Translations under genes and position numbers: made by a program
Notes under the pieces: model-generated
Told to the model about the DNA's origin: nothing
The model's database searches: none
The model's input: the letters and a program-made list of their open reading frames with translations, nothing else
Shown here: in pieces, positions 1 through 10,043 of the stretch
How the letters are laid out: every line of letters begins with the position of its first letter
Numbering within the stretch: position 1 is the stretch's first letter
Source: Candidatus Woesearchaeota archaeon
GTDB lineage: Archaea; Nanobdellota; Nanobdellia; Pacearchaeales; GW2011-AR1
DNA length: 64,000 bases
NCBI GenBank assembly: GCA_964613185.1
Contig: CAZTIP010000001.1
Location: 129,814-193,813 of the forward strand
Direction of reading: 5' to 3'

Positions 1-225
1 GCAGATCCTACAGAGGGGATGGTAGATGTAGTTTCTTCAGTTACTAGCAAAGTAGTCGTAGAAATAGTGGGGGCAGAAGAAAGCACATTTTTCCAACTAC
101 CAAAACAATCGGAAAAAGGAAATTACCTTTCACTAATAATTGGGTTAATCATTTTGGGAATAATTATAAGTTGGGTAATCAGTAAGGGAAAGAAAAGAAA
201 ATTCCATTATAGGCCAAAAAATTAA
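1..225 (+). CDS. 3' end of a cell-surface protein gene that starts upstream of the window (TM anchor + basic tail)
   Basis: Frame 1 is open from nt 1. The C-terminus YLSLIIGLIILGIIISWVISKGKKRKF is a hydrophobic helix followed by a Lys/Arg tail, the same design as the next gene. Confidence 0.4.
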   Translation, partial: ADPTEGMVDVVSSVTSKVVVEIVGAEESTFFQLPKQSEKGNYLSLIIGLIILGIIISWVISKGKKRKFHYRPKN

Positions 226-288
226 GATAAAAAATTATTTTAAAATTATTCAAACAAAATTTAAATACTGAGTTTTGTTATTTAAAAA

Positions 289-1884
289 ATGGTAAAAAGA
301 GGATATTTATTTTTTCTTGCAGGATTATTTTTAATCCTACAAGGGAGTGCAGGAACAATTACTGGAGAAGCAACTTCAGATACCACGACAGTATCTTTAA
401 CAGTTTTAGCATCCCCTGCATTAAATCTTTTAAGCCCAGAAAATAAAACTTACTTAAACACGACAATTTTATTAAACTACACTGAAAGCAGTTCAGATAA
501 CTTATTTTATAATATTGACGACGGAACAAACATTACAATCACTGAATCAACAAATATCGTAGTATCTGAAGGAGACCACACATTAAAATTATATGCAAAT
601 AATAGTTTAGGAACAACAATAAGAAGTTCAGATTTCACAGCAAACACTTCAAAAATAAACATAATTTACAATGAATATGCGGGGTCAAAAAAAGGAGATT
701 CAACAGATTTTAATTCAACATTAACTTATGAAGCATTACAAATTTTAGAAGATGTAATTTTAGAAAACACGGACTGGGGTAAAATAGAATTTTCAGAGAC
801 AATTAATTTAACAGATGATTTAGTTTTCGGAGATGGAGAAGTAGATTTAGACGGCAATACAAACATATCAGAAAATTCAATAACCATAAATTCAACAGCT
901 TTACCAAATTTAAATAAATCAGCGACGATATACCTATACAATTTAACTTATTCAAATCCTAGAATTTTAATGGATGGGGAAATTTGTTCATCTGCAATTT
1001 GTACAAAAATTTCTTATTCAGGAGGAACTTTAAAATTTAATGTAACTCAATTCACAACCTATTCTTCGGAGGAAACTCCTGCAGGAGAAGTTGCGGAAAG
1101 TTCAACCTCTCCACAGGCAGGGGGAAGTTCCAAACAAATAATTGAAGAACAAAAGTTTTATTTAGATAAAGAAACGATAAGTGCAGAAGGAAAACCGGGA
1201 ATGACAATAATAAAAGAGATAGAAATTTTTAATCAGCAAGATAACGAGATAAAAATAAATTTAAAAAAATCCGGGTTGGAAGAAATCCTTTCAATTTTTG
1301 GAGAAACGGAATTTAACATTAAACCTTTAGGTTCAAAGAAAGTTAGATTACAGTTCAAAATTCCAAAAGATAAAACGCCAGACATCTACTTAGCAAGATT
1401 AAAAATTTCTTCGGAAGATTCTGAAAAAATAGTCCCTATTTCTTTAGAAGTAAAATCTGAAGAAGAATTATTCTACCTAGATTTACAGATTTTATCGTCG
1501 AGTAAAAAAGTTTCCCCTGGAGAAAGATTAAACACAAAAATAACTATGGATATTTTAGGAAATAAAGAAAAAGATACAAAAATTGAATATATTATAAAAA
1601 GTGGAAACGGAGAAATAATTTATTACGAAGAAGAATACAGAACTTTAAGTGGGAAAACAGAATTTCTAAAAAACTTTGATATTCCAGCAAAAACAATTGA
1701 CGGAAATTATATTTTATATGTTCGAACAATTTCAGAAGAAAAAATGTCGAGTAAAAGTCAGTGGTTTGTATCTGAAGAGAAGTTTGAAATGGAAATTGGA
1801 CTGATAATATTATCAACACTAATAGTAATCCTCATAATTATTTTATTAAGAAAAATAAGAAGAAAGAAGAAAAGAAGATATTAA
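289..1884 (+). CDS. Secreted, N-x-S/T sequon-rich cell-surface protein with C-terminal TM anchor
   Basis: Signal-like N-terminus MVKRGYLFFLAGLFLILQGSAG. More than ten N-x-S/T sequons in the first ~260 aa. C-terminus IGLIILSTLIVILIIILLRKIRRKKKRRY. Confidence 0.6.
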   Translation: MVKRGYLFFLAGLFLILQGSAGTITGEATSDTTTVSLTVLASPALNLLSPENKTYLNTTILLNYTESSSDNLFYNIDDGTNITITESTNIVVSEGDHTLKLYANNSLGTTIRSSDFTANTSKINIIYNEYAGSKKGDSTDFNSTLTYEALQILEDVILENTDWGKIEFSETINLTDDLVFGDGEVDLDGNTNISENSITINSTALPNLNKSATIYLYNLTYSNPRILMDGEICSSAICTKISYSGGTLKFNVTQFTTYSSEETPAGEVAESSTSPQAGGSSKQIIEEQKFYLDKETISAEGKPGMTIIKEIEIFNQQDNEIKINLKKSGLEEILSIFGETEFNIKPLGSKKVRLQFKIPKDKTPDIYLARLKISSEDSEKIVPISLEVKSEEELFYLDLQILSSSKKVSPGERLNTKITMDILGNKEKDTKIEYIIKSGNGEIIYYEEEYRTLSGKTEFLKNFDIPAKTIDGNYILYVRTISEEKMSSKSQWFVSEEKFEMEIGLIILSTLIVILIIILLRKIRRKKKRRY

Positions 1885-1947
1885 ATTTTAAACCAAAAAA
1901 CTTAAAAATCAAAATAATTCTTAAATTATGTAACAGCTTGCTGTTAT

Positions 1948-2248
1948 GCAGTAAGGTAGCTAATTGTCGGTGGCTTGATCTAAAAGGTCAAAGAATTGTA
2001 AAACGAATTCTAGTCGCTGAGGAAGGTCCGCACATCCCACGATGATTTAATTTATCGAGGCTCTTTCGGGAGAATTACTTGTGAAAACAAGGCGTCGCAA
2101 GGCGTGGCTCTGGTATAGAAACGAACCTATTAAGTTAGGATGGAACGAGCACCCTGATTGATGCAATGGTTTTGCACCAGCTTAGTCAGATATTAGCACA
2201 AACTTTTCAGAAATGAAGTTTGACAGAAAGTGGCCTATTCCTTACTGC
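1948..2248 (+). ncRNA. rnpB: RNase P RNA (archaeal type)
   Basis: Conserved P4 strands GAGGAAGGTCCG (2019-2030) and ACAGAAAGTGGCC (2223-2235). Terminal helix P1 is GCAGTAAGG (1948-1956) pairing with CCTTACTGC (2240-2248). GC-rich island with no ORF. Confidence 0.8.
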
Positions 2249-2260
2249 TCATAATTTAAA

Positions 2261-2332
2261 TGGGACTGGAGAGAATCGAACTCTCGACACCACGAGCTTC
2301 AGTCGTGTGCTCTCCCACTGAGCTACAGTCCC
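2261..2332 (-). tRNA. tRNA-Phe (GAA)
   Basis: The reverse complement folds as a cloverleaf: GGGACTG acceptor, GCTC/GAGC D-stem, CACGA-CTGAAGC-TCGTG anticodon arm (GAA), GAGAG-TTCGATT-CTCTC T-arm. Confidence 0.9.
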
Positions 2333-2430
2333 AATAGTTGGAAAGAGTATTTCGTCTTTTTAAGTTTAATCATAAGGACTAGTTATTTTCAGAAAGTTAA
2401 AATCTTTTCAACCTCAAAACAAACCGAACT

Positions 2431-2438
2431 TTTATAAA
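2431..2438 (+). promoter_or_regulatory. TATA box TTTATAAA, 22 nt upstream of the ATG at 2460
   Basis: Same octamer and spacing recur upstream of most genes in the window. Confidence 0.5.
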
Positions 2439-2459
2439 CAATCTTTGGCATAAAAAACT

Positions 2460-3008
2460 ATGAAAAAGAAGGGTGCAATTGAACTATCTATCGGGACAAT
2501 TGTAATAATTGTTTTATCCATGTCGATGTTAATTTTAGGATTAGTCTTAGTAAAAAATATTTTTTCAGGTTCATCAGAGAACATTTTACAAATGAATGAC
2601 AAGGTAAAAGACCAAATTGGTAAATTATTTGTAGATGATAAAAAGACTGTAATTTATCTATCCAATCAAAAGGCAGAAATAAAAAAGGATGAGGAATGGG
2701 GAATTGCATTTGGAATAAAAAACTTAGTGAAGGGCACTCCAGAACCCGGGTCATTTAGTTACGAAGTTAGTGTTTCAGATCCTGATGTTGAAAGTAAATG
2801 TGGAGTTTCAGAATCCTATATTAATGATTGGATAGTTGTAGGAAGGGCAGACAATATGGTTATTTCTCCTGCAGAAACCTATTTCGGAGTTTCAAGAATT
2901 CTTATTCCAGAAAACGCACCTCTTTGCATAGTGAGATTTCATTTAGATGTAAAACTTGATGAAAGAATATACGCAACCGATTTTTTCGATGTAGAAATAA
3001 CAAGTTAA
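2460..3008 (+). CDS. Class III (prepilin-type) signal peptide protein, pilin-like
   Basis: N-terminus MKKKG|AIELSIGTIVIIVLSMSMLILGLVLV is a basic residue plus Gly followed by a hydrophobic helix. Soluble ectodomain with 2 Cys. Confidence 0.55.
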   Translation: MKKKGAIELSIGTIVIIVLSMSMLILGLVLVKNIFSGSSENILQMNDKVKDQIGKLFVDDKKTVIYLSNQKAEIKKDEEWGIAFGIKNLVKGTPEPGSFSYEVSVSDPDVESKCGVSESYINDWIVVGRADNMVISPAETYFGVSRILIPENAPLCIVRFHLDVKLDERIYATDFFDVEITS

Positions 3009-3050
3009 GTAATCAAAAACTTTTATTAACTAAACAAATTACCTATAATT

Positions 3051-4421
3051 ATGCATTCAATAAAACTCTATAACACTTTAACAAGAAAAAAAGAAACATT
3101 CAAACCAATAAAAAAAGGGGATGTTTCAATTTACACTTGTGGGCCTACAGTTTACTGGTTTGCACATGTAGGAAATTTTAGGGCATATATTTTTTCAGAT
3201 ATACTAAAGAGAGTTTTACAATATAACAAGTTAAAAGTTAATCATATAATTAACGTAACGGATGTTGGACATCTAACTAGTGATTCCGACGAAGGAGAAG
3301 ATAAATTAGAAAAAGCATCAAAAAGAGAAAAAAAATCTGCAAAAGAATTATCAAATTTTTATTTAAAAGAATTCCTAAAAGATTTTAAAAAATTAAATTT
3401 AATAAGTCCTAAAAGATTTCCAAAAGCAACCGAGCACATAAAAGAACAAATCAGTATGATAAAAACTATTGAAGAAAAAGGATGCACTTACAAAACGACT
3501 GATGGAATTTACTTTGATACCTCAAAATTCAAAGATTATGGAAAACTATCTCGTAAAAACATAAAAGGGTTAGAGGCAGGAAAAAGAGTTTCTCTAAAGG
3601 AAAAAAAGAATATTACTGATTTCGCACTTTGGAAATTTTCAAAACCTTCAGATAAACGGCAACAAGAATGGAAAAGTCCGTGGGGGGTAGGATTTCCAGG
3701 ATGGCATATAGAATGTTCTGCGATGAGTTCAAAATATCTTGGAGAGAACTTCGATATTCATACTGGAGGAATTGACCACGTCCCCGTTCATCACGAAAAC
3801 GAAATTGCGCAAAGCGAAATAGCCTTTGGGAAAAAACCTTGGGTGAATTATTGGATGCACGGAGAATTTTTAGAAATTAAAGGGGGTAAAATGAGTAAAA
3901 GCAAGGGAAAAACAAAAACCATAAGTCAGCTAGAAAAAGAAGGCATAGACCCATTAGCTTACAAATATTTTACTTATACTGCAAATTACAGAAAACCATT
4001 AACTTGGAGTGAAGAGTCTTTAAATTCATCAATAAATTCTTTCAAAAGGTTAAAAAATTTAACAACAAAATTAAAAAAAGAAGGAACAGAAAATAGAAGA
4101 TACCTAAAAGAATTTGAGAAAAGAATAAATGATGATTTGGATGTTCCTGGAGCATTAGCAGTTTTATGGAAACTTCTCCGAGACGAAAATGCAAAAGGAA
4201 AATTCGAAACAATAAAAAAAATGGATGAAGTTTTTGGATTAAAATTATTAGAAAAAAATAAATTAAAAATTCCAAAAGAGATTATCATTCTCGCAGAAGA
4301 TAGAAAAAGATTAAGAAAAAATAAGGATTGGAAAGGTAGTGATAGATTAAGAATTCAATTAGAAAAAGAGGGCTGGAAAATTCGTGATGAAAATGAAGGT
4401 TATGTTTTAGACAAACTTTAA
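3051..4421 (+). CDS. cysS: Cysteinyl-tRNA synthetase
   Basis: CGPTVY, HIGH-type HVGNFRAY, WHIECS and KMSKS motifs. Confidence 0.95.
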   Translation: MHSIKLYNTLTRKKETFKPIKKGDVSIYTCGPTVYWFAHVGNFRAYIFSDILKRVLQYNKLKVNHIINVTDVGHLTSDSDEGEDKLEKASKREKKSAKELSNFYLKEFLKDFKKLNLISPKRFPKATEHIKEQISMIKTIEEKGCTYKTTDGIYFDTSKFKDYGKLSRKNIKGLEAGKRVSLKEKKNITDFALWKFSKPSDKRQQEWKSPWGVGFPGWHIECSAMSSKYLGENFDIHTGGIDHVPVHHENEIAQSEIAFGKKPWVNYWMHGEFLEIKGGKMSKSKGKTKTISQLEKEGIDPLAYKYFTYTANYRKPLTWSEESLNSSINSFKRLKNLTTKLKKEGTENRRYLKEFEKRINDDLDVPGALAVLWKLLRDENAKGKFETIKKMDEVFGLKLLEKNKLKIPKEIIILAEDRKRLRKNKDWKGSDRLRIQLEKEGWKIRDENEGYVLDKL

Positions 4422-4450
4422 ATAGATAAAGGGGTATTTAACAAAAAGAG

Positions 4451-5851
4451 ATGGCAGTTCAATTTAATTATTTGGCAAAGAAAGGGTGGAAACCAAAAAA
4501 AGCAGACAAAGAGTGGCTAATAACTTTAATAAAGGTAGAATTTAGTAAAACTGCAATTAAGGAAGCGAAGAAAAAATCTTTAAAAAAATTATTTGAAGAT
4601 GCGGCAGCATCAGTAGCTGCAGAATCCTCTACAGGGACCTGGACAAAAGTTTTCTCTGGAAAAGATTCAGGAATTAAGCTTGCAGGAAAAGAAAGGGCAA
4701 TCGCATACGATTTGGATTACAAGAATAAAATGTTCAAAGTAGCTTATCCAATCAACCTATTTGAGCTAGACAATATTTCTGGACTTCTAGCAGGGATTGT
4801 GGGAAATATTGCAGGAATGAAGATGGTCTCTGCGATGAGAGTTTATGATGTAAGATTTCCAGAAAGAATGGTGAAGTCATTTCCCGGGCCAAAATATGGA
4901 ATTGCAGGAATAAGGAAATTTCTAAAAAAACCAAAAGGATGTTTGGTTGCAACAGTTCCAAAACCAAAAATCGGAAGGACTGCAGTTGAACAAAGCCATT
5001 TAGCAAAACAACTTTTTACATCAGGACATGGAACATATGATGGGATAAAAGATGATGAAAATTTAACAAGTCTTTATTTCAATAATTTTGAAAAGAGAGC
5101 AAAATTAGTTTTAAGTGAATTAAAGAAAGCAGAAAAAGAAACAGGAAATAAAAAATTTTATTTATGCAATACTACACATTCAAATTTGGATAAAATGACA
5201 AATCATGCAAAAATCATAAAGAAAAATGGGGGAACTTTTATGATGATAGATGTTGTGACGACAGGATTTACTGCAGTCGACACTATGAGAAGAAAAGATT
5301 TAGGATTGGCAATTCATGCACACCGGGCAATGCACGGATTTTTAACAAGAGATAATTCTCCAGGAGTTCATGGAAATGGAAAATTATATGGGTTTTCTAT
5401 TTCAATGGTAGTTTTAGCAAAACTTTTTAGATTATTGGGTGTAGATTCATTGCACGGAGGTTCTCCGCTTGCTAAAATGGAAGATTATGGAGAGGCAAGA
5501 TACATTCAACAAGCTCTTCAAGAAAAAAATTTAAGACCTCATAAAAAAATTCCAAGTTTAGGACAAAATTGGCATCACATAAAACCTGTTTGGATGACCG
5601 CATCTGGAGGATTGCATCCAGGAGACTTTGAATCTGTATTAAGCGAATTGGGAGAAGATATAATTTTACAATGCGGAGGAGGACTTTTAGGACACCCTGA
5701 AGGGGTTGAGAGAGGAGTAATCGCAATTGAAGAAGCAAGGATGCTTTACGAGAAAAAAATTTCAATGAGAAAATGGGTTAAAGAAAATTCAGATTCTGCA
5801 TTAGCAAAAGCTGTAGAAATTTGGGGATACGGCCCAAGAATCGTTTACTAG
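4451..5851 (+). CDS. rbcL: Ribulose-1,5-bisphosphate carboxylase large subunit, archaeal form III-like
   Basis: GIKDDENL (carbamyl-Lys region), HAHRAMHG, SGGLHPG and QCGGGLLGHP motifs all intact. Confidence 0.9.
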   Translation: MAVQFNYLAKKGWKPKKADKEWLITLIKVEFSKTAIKEAKKKSLKKLFEDAAASVAAESSTGTWTKVFSGKDSGIKLAGKERAIAYDLDYKNKMFKVAYPINLFELDNISGLLAGIVGNIAGMKMVSAMRVYDVRFPERMVKSFPGPKYGIAGIRKFLKKPKGCLVATVPKPKIGRTAVEQSHLAKQLFTSGHGTYDGIKDDENLTSLYFNNFEKRAKLVLSELKKAEKETGNKKFYLCNTTHSNLDKMTNHAKIIKKNGGTFMMIDVVTTGFTAVDTMRRKDLGLAIHAHRAMHGFLTRDNSPGVHGNGKLYGFSISMVVLAKLFRLLGVDSLHGGSPLAKMEDYGEARYIQQALQEKNLRPHKKIPSLGQNWHHIKPVWMTASGGLHPGDFESVLSELGEDIILQCGGGLLGHPEGVERGVIAIEEARMLYEKKISMRKWVKENSDSALAKAVEIWGYGPRIVY

Positions 5852-5889
5852 ATCCATTAACCCTTTAAACCTAAAACCAATCTAAATTT

Positions 5890-6468
5890 ATGAGAGAATT
5901 TATATATTATTCAAAAAACGCAGTTACTGCAGGAAATTTAATTAAAGATAATTTAATGAATGCCGGAAGAATGGATATTGTTTGTAATGTGATAATCGCA
6001 GTTCTTTTTATTTCAAATAAAATGAGGGAAGATATAAAACTACATCTAATTTTTGACGGAGGGCCAAATAATCCAAGACATTTAGTTTTCGAATCAAACG
6101 AGGAAATGCCAATTTCAAAAAAAGACGTTGCAGGTTTGATAAAAAGGATGCTTTACAAATCTCCAAAAACGGAAGGATTAAAAGAAATTTTTCCAGGGGC
6201 ATCGATAGAGAAAAAAAGTTTTGAACAGTTAGTTAAGGAATTGGATAAAGAAGGAAAAGACGTATTACTTTTAGAAGGAAAGGGGGAAGATATAAGAAAA
6301 AAAGATTTAACAAAAAATCCAGTATTTATAATAGGAGATCATGAAGGGTTTCCAAAAGATAAAAGAAAATTTTTAAAAAAAATAGACAAGGTTTCAATAG
6401 GTCCAAAAATTTTATTTGCAAGTCAGGTTATAACTTTAATTCACAATGAACTCGACCGAACATTATAA
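5890..6468 (+). CDS. trmY: tRNA (pseudouridine54-N1)-methyltransferase TrmY-like (SPOUT, COG1901)
   Basis: MREFIYYS... N-terminus, GRMDIVCN and NPVFIIGDHEGF motifs as I recall them for archaeal TrmY. About 190 aa. Confidence 0.6.
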   Translation: MREFIYYSKNAVTAGNLIKDNLMNAGRMDIVCNVIIAVLFISNKMREDIKLHLIFDGGPNNPRHLVFESNEEMPISKKDVAGLIKRMLYKSPKTEGLKEIFPGASIEKKSFEQLVKELDKEGKDVLLLEGKGEDIRKKDLTKNPVFIIGDHEGFPKDKRKFLKKIDKVSIGPKILFASQVITLIHNELDRTL

Positions 6469-6492
6469 AAAACCAAAACACCTAACCAACCT

Positions 6493-6771
6493 ATGAAAAA
6501 AGCGGCAAGATTCATAGTAAAAGGAACTGTTCAAGGAGTTTTCTTTAGACAATTTGTAAAAGAAAACGCAAACAAATTAGATTTAACGGGATTCGTAAGA
6601 AATTTAACTGGAGGAGATTGCGAAATTTTAGTTGAAGGAACTCAAGAAGCCATAGAGAGATTATCAAATTTTGTAAAAAAGGGTCCAAAACATTCCCAAA
6701 TTCGTCAAGTTCAAATTGAGGAAAAAAAATGGTCTGGAAATTTTAAGGATTTTAAGATTTTAAGATTTTAA
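6493..6771 (+). CDS. acyP: Acylphosphatase
   Basis: VKGTVQGVFFRQFV signature, GFVRN, 92 aa. Confidence 0.85.
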   Translation: MKKAARFIVKGTVQGVFFRQFVKENANKLDLTGFVRNLTGGDCEILVEGTQEAIERLSNFVKKGPKHSQIRQVQIEEKKWSGNFKDFKILRF

Positions 6772-6780
6772 TCTATAAAG

Positions 6781-6788
6781 TTTATAAA
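6781..6788 (+). promoter_or_regulatory. TATA box TTTATAAA, 24 nt upstream of the lysS ATG
   Basis: Recurrent octamer and spacing. Confidence 0.5.
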
Positions 6789-6811
6789 CTCTATAAATTT
6801 ATCAAATAATA

Positions 6812-8317
6812 ATGGAATCAAAAGGAAGGGAAAAGCAAATAATTGAAGAAAGGATAAAAAAGATAGAACTTCTAAAAAAAGAAGGGACGAATCCTTATCC
6901 AAATAAATTTAAATTAATGGATTTGAGAACACACTCCTCAAATATTCATGAAGAATTTATTTCATTAAAAGATGGAGAAAATTCCGGCTCAGAAAAAGTA
7001 ATTGCAGGGAGGATTATGGCAAAGAGGAGTTTTGGAAGATTATCATTTTTGAAAATCCAAGATTTAAGAGGGAAAATACAAGTAACTGTTCAAAAAGAAG
7101 AAAGTCCTGAAGAAGTGATCGAAACATTTAGAAAAGTTGATATTGGGGACATTGTAGGAATTCGGGGAATTGCTACAAAAACAAAAACCGGCGAAATTTC
7201 ACTTTTAGCGCAAGAAATTTTTATTCTTACAAAATCTATATTGCCCTTGCCAGATAAGCATAAGGGGTTAAAAGACGAAGAAGAAAAATTAAGAAAAAGA
7301 TATCTCGATATAATTATGAATTCGGAAATAAAAGAACTGTTCATAAAAAAACAAAAATTTTGGCAAGCAGTTAGGATGTTTTTACAGGAAGAGGGATTCC
7401 TAGAAGTTGAAACTCCAATTTTAGAATCGTCTTCCGGAGGAGCATCAGCAACACCATTCAAAACTCATCACGATGCACTTGATACAGACGTTTTTTTAAG
7501 AATTTCAATGGGGGAATTATGGCAAAAAAAATTATTAGTTGCAGGATACGAAAAAACTTTCGAAATAGGAAGGCAATTTAGGAACGAAGGAATGGATTCA
7601 GAACATTTACAAGATTATTCACAGATGGAATTTTATTGGGGATATGCAAGTTTTGAAGAGGGAATGAAATTAGTTGAAAAAATGTACAAAGCAATTGCAA
7701 TAACAACCTTGGGAAAATTAGAATTTGAAAATGGAAATCACAAAATTGATTTAGGAAAGAAATGGGAAAAATACGATTTTGAAAATATAATTAAGGAAAA
7801 AACAGGAATTGGGATTTATGAAGCTTCAAAAGAAGAAATAATGAAAAAGCTAGATAAATTAAAAATGGAATATGATTCAAAAGTTGATAAGTGGAGATTA
7901 GTAGATGTTCTTTGGAAATATTGCCGTAAAAGTTTAAGTGGTCCGGGATTTTTGATAGGGCAACCAGTAGAATTATCTCCCCTTGCAAAAAGGTCTGAAA
8001 AAGATTCAAGAAAAGTAGAACAATTTCAAATAATTCTTGGAGGGAGTGAAGTAGGAAATGGATATAGCGAACTTAATGATCCAATCGACCAAGAAAATAG
8101 ATTTAATGAACAAAGAACTTTAAAGGATGCGGGAGATTCAGAAGCTCACGACCACGACGAAACTTTTGTAGAGGCATTGAAATACGGAATGCCTCCTGCA
8201 TGCGGTTTTGGATTTAGTGAAAGATTATTTTCATTTATGATGGGAAGACCAATAAGAGAATGTGTATTTTTTCCATTAATGAAACCGGAAGCAAAAGTGG
8301 GAAAAAAGAAAAAATAA
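6812..8317 (+). CDS. lysS: Lysyl-tRNA synthetase, class II
   Basis: N-terminal OB-fold anticodon-binding region. Class II motifs FRNEGMDSEHLQDYSQMEFY and GFGFSERL. Confidence 0.95.
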   Translation: MESKGREKQIIEERIKKIELLKKEGTNPYPNKFKLMDLRTHSSNIHEEFISLKDGENSGSEKVIAGRIMAKRSFGRLSFLKIQDLRGKIQVTVQKEESPEEVIETFRKVDIGDIVGIRGIATKTKTGEISLLAQEIFILTKSILPLPDKHKGLKDEEEKLRKRYLDIIMNSEIKELFIKKQKFWQAVRMFLQEEGFLEVETPILESSSGGASATPFKTHHDALDTDVFLRISMGELWQKKLLVAGYEKTFEIGRQFRNEGMDSEHLQDYSQMEFYWGYASFEEGMKLVEKMYKAIAITTLGKLEFENGNHKIDLGKKWEKYDFENIIKEKTGIGIYEASKEEIMKKLDKLKMEYDSKVDKWRLVDVLWKYCRKSLSGPGFLIGQPVELSPLAKRSEKDSRKVEQFQIILGGSEVGNGYSELNDPIDQENRFNEQRTLKDAGDSEAHDHDETFVEALKYGMPPACGFGFSERLFSFMMGRPIRECVFFPLMKPEAKVGKKKK

Positions 8318-8379
8318 TCAACCTCTCAAAAATCTCTTGCACAAAACATTTATATCTCAGACAAATTTTACTTCTAATA

Positions 8380-8880
8380 ATGGAATTAAAAACAAAAGAA
8401 AAAGAATCAGAGCATGACGTGTCTGTTGATGAAAAGGGAAATTTAATCCTCAAAAAAAAATCCTTAGTTTCAAAGGGAAAAAAATCAAAATCATCTGGAG
8501 GGCAATTTGAGCTAAGGGTTAGAAAAGATTTAGAAGAAAAAGGATTTATAGTAGACAAATGGACAAATAATATCGATTTAGAAACAAAATCAATACATCC
8601 TGCAAAAAGAAAATACAATCCATTCGCAAAAGTTATGACCATTGGGACAGGATTTCCAGATTTCATAGCCTTTCAAAAAAGGGAAGATAAAAGGTATGAA
8701 ATTTTAGGAATTGAAGTAAAAACTAACGGAACCTTAAATAAGATTGAGAAAGAAAAATGCAAACTCTATCTCGAAAAAGAAATCTTTAGTCAAATATTAA
8801 TCGCAAAAAAAGTAAAAGAAAAAAACCGAGTAAGAGTAGAATACACAGACGTCAAAGAAATCCTCGATAGAATGCGATAA
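8380..8880 (+). CDS. PD-(D/E)XK nuclease, Hjc-like Holliday junction resolvase candidate with Lys-rich N-terminal extension
   Basis: GGQFELRVRKDLEEKGFIV ... GFPDFIAF ... ILGIEVKTNG matches the E...PD...E-x-K layout of Hjc-type resolvases. I prefer the start at 8380 because a TTTATAT box ends 24 nt upstream. The track ORF start at 8260 overlaps lysS. Confidence 0.45.
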   Translation: MELKTKEKESEHDVSVDEKGNLILKKKSLVSKGKKSKSSGGQFELRVRKDLEEKGFIVDKWTNNIDLETKSIHPAKRKYNPFAKVMTIGTGFPDFIAFQKREDKRYEILGIEVKTNGTLNKIEKEKCKLYLEKEIFSQILIAKKVKEKNRVRVEYTDVKEILDRMR

Positions 8881-8924
8881 ATAGGTTACATAAAAACTTA
8901 TATATTTTTTAAACTATTAAATAT

Positions 8925-9554
8925 ATGAAAAACTCCTTGGTTTTCCTAATTTTCCTAATTTCTATAAATTTAGTTCAAGCAATTCAAATAGATTTCAATT
9001 GTCCAGAAAATGTAAATCTTGAAGAAGAATTCTTATGCGACTTAAAAATTTCGGAATCAGAAGGAATCTATGACGTAAAAATAGAGATTATAAAAGATGA
9101 TTCAAATATCGTAAAAATTTGGAACGAGCAAGAAAAAAAATGGAAGTCGGCATTTTATTATTTAAAAGAATTCATCTCAAATGGAGAAACAGGAGAAATA
9201 AAATTGAAAATAGAATCCGAAGGAGATTTTCAAGGAATAATTAAATTGAGGCAGGGAACTAAAATAGAATCTTCAAACCTTGAAATCTCCGTAGGAGAGA
9301 ACCTCTCCGAAGAAGAAAAAGAAAGGAAACCAAAAAAAGAAGAAAAAATTATATCTGAGGAAATTATCCAAAATAAAGAATTTAAATCAATTGAAAAAAA
9401 AGAAACAATCTTCCTAAATGGAAACACAGTGAAAATTTCTGAAAGAGAAGTGGTTTATGAATCAAAAAGTCAAAGGGCATTAAATTATTCACCTTACGCA
9501 TTTTCAGTATTTTTAATTGCAATAATCTTTATTTTGTTATGGGATAAGTTTTAA
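8925..9554 (+). CDS. Secreted protein with C-terminal TM anchor
   Basis: Signal peptide MKNSLVFLIFLISINLVQA and C-terminal FSVFLIAIIFILLW helix. Confidence 0.5.
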   Translation: MKNSLVFLIFLISINLVQAIQIDFNCPENVNLEEEFLCDLKISESEGIYDVKIEIIKDDSNIVKIWNEQEKKWKSAFYYLKEFISNGETGEIKLKIESEGDFQGIIKLRQGTKIESSNLEISVGENLSEEEKERKPKKEEKIISEEIIQNKEFKSIEKKETIFLNGNTVKISEREVVYESKSQRALNYSPYAFSVFLIAIIFILLWDKF

Positions 9555-9578
9555 AAAAGGAATAATGTTAGAAAACTA

Positions 9579-10043
9579 ATGGTAAGAGCAATTATGATTG
9601 TAGAAATGGCAGGAAGGCCGGCAGAACACGTAAAAGAATCTTTAACAAAGCATGTCGGAGTTTTAGATAAATTAAGTGACATCACAGTTCATAAAACGAC
9701 TGTGAGCGACGCTAAAGAAGTAGAACTTCCAAAAGATGCATCAAAAACCGAACAAATGTTCACCTGTTTTGCAGAAGTAGATTTAGAAACAGAAAACTTT
9801 TCAAGAATGACTCAAGTAATGTTTGATTTTATGCCATCTTCAGTAGAAGTAATCGAACCTTCAAAAGTTTTATTAGATTCAGGAGAAGCGACAGAACTCT
9901 TGAATAATTTATCTGGAAGATTACATCGTTATGATGAGGTAGCAAGAGTTTCACAATTTAAGACTCACCAATTAGAAAGTCAGTTAAAATCAGTACAGGA
10001 ATCAATGCTAGAAAAAGACTCAAAAAAGAAAACAAAAAAATAA
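9579..10043 (+). CDS. Hypothetical cytoplasmic protein
   Basis: Long ORF with normal composition. No recognisable motif. Confidence 0.45.
   Translation: MVRAIMIVEMAGRPAEHVKESLTKHVGVLDKLSDITVHKTTVSDAKEVELPKDASKTEQMFTCFAEVDLETENFSRMTQVMFDFMPSSVEVIEPSKVLLDSGEATELLNNLSGRLHRYDEVARVSQFKTHQLESQLKSVQESMLEKDSKKKTKK

Noticed and set aside
8260-8379. N-terminal 40-aa extension of the Hjc-like ORF, overlapping the lysS 3' end
   Set aside because: The TATA-like box at 8349-8356 sits 24 nt before the internal ATG at 8380. The extension has no sensible composition.
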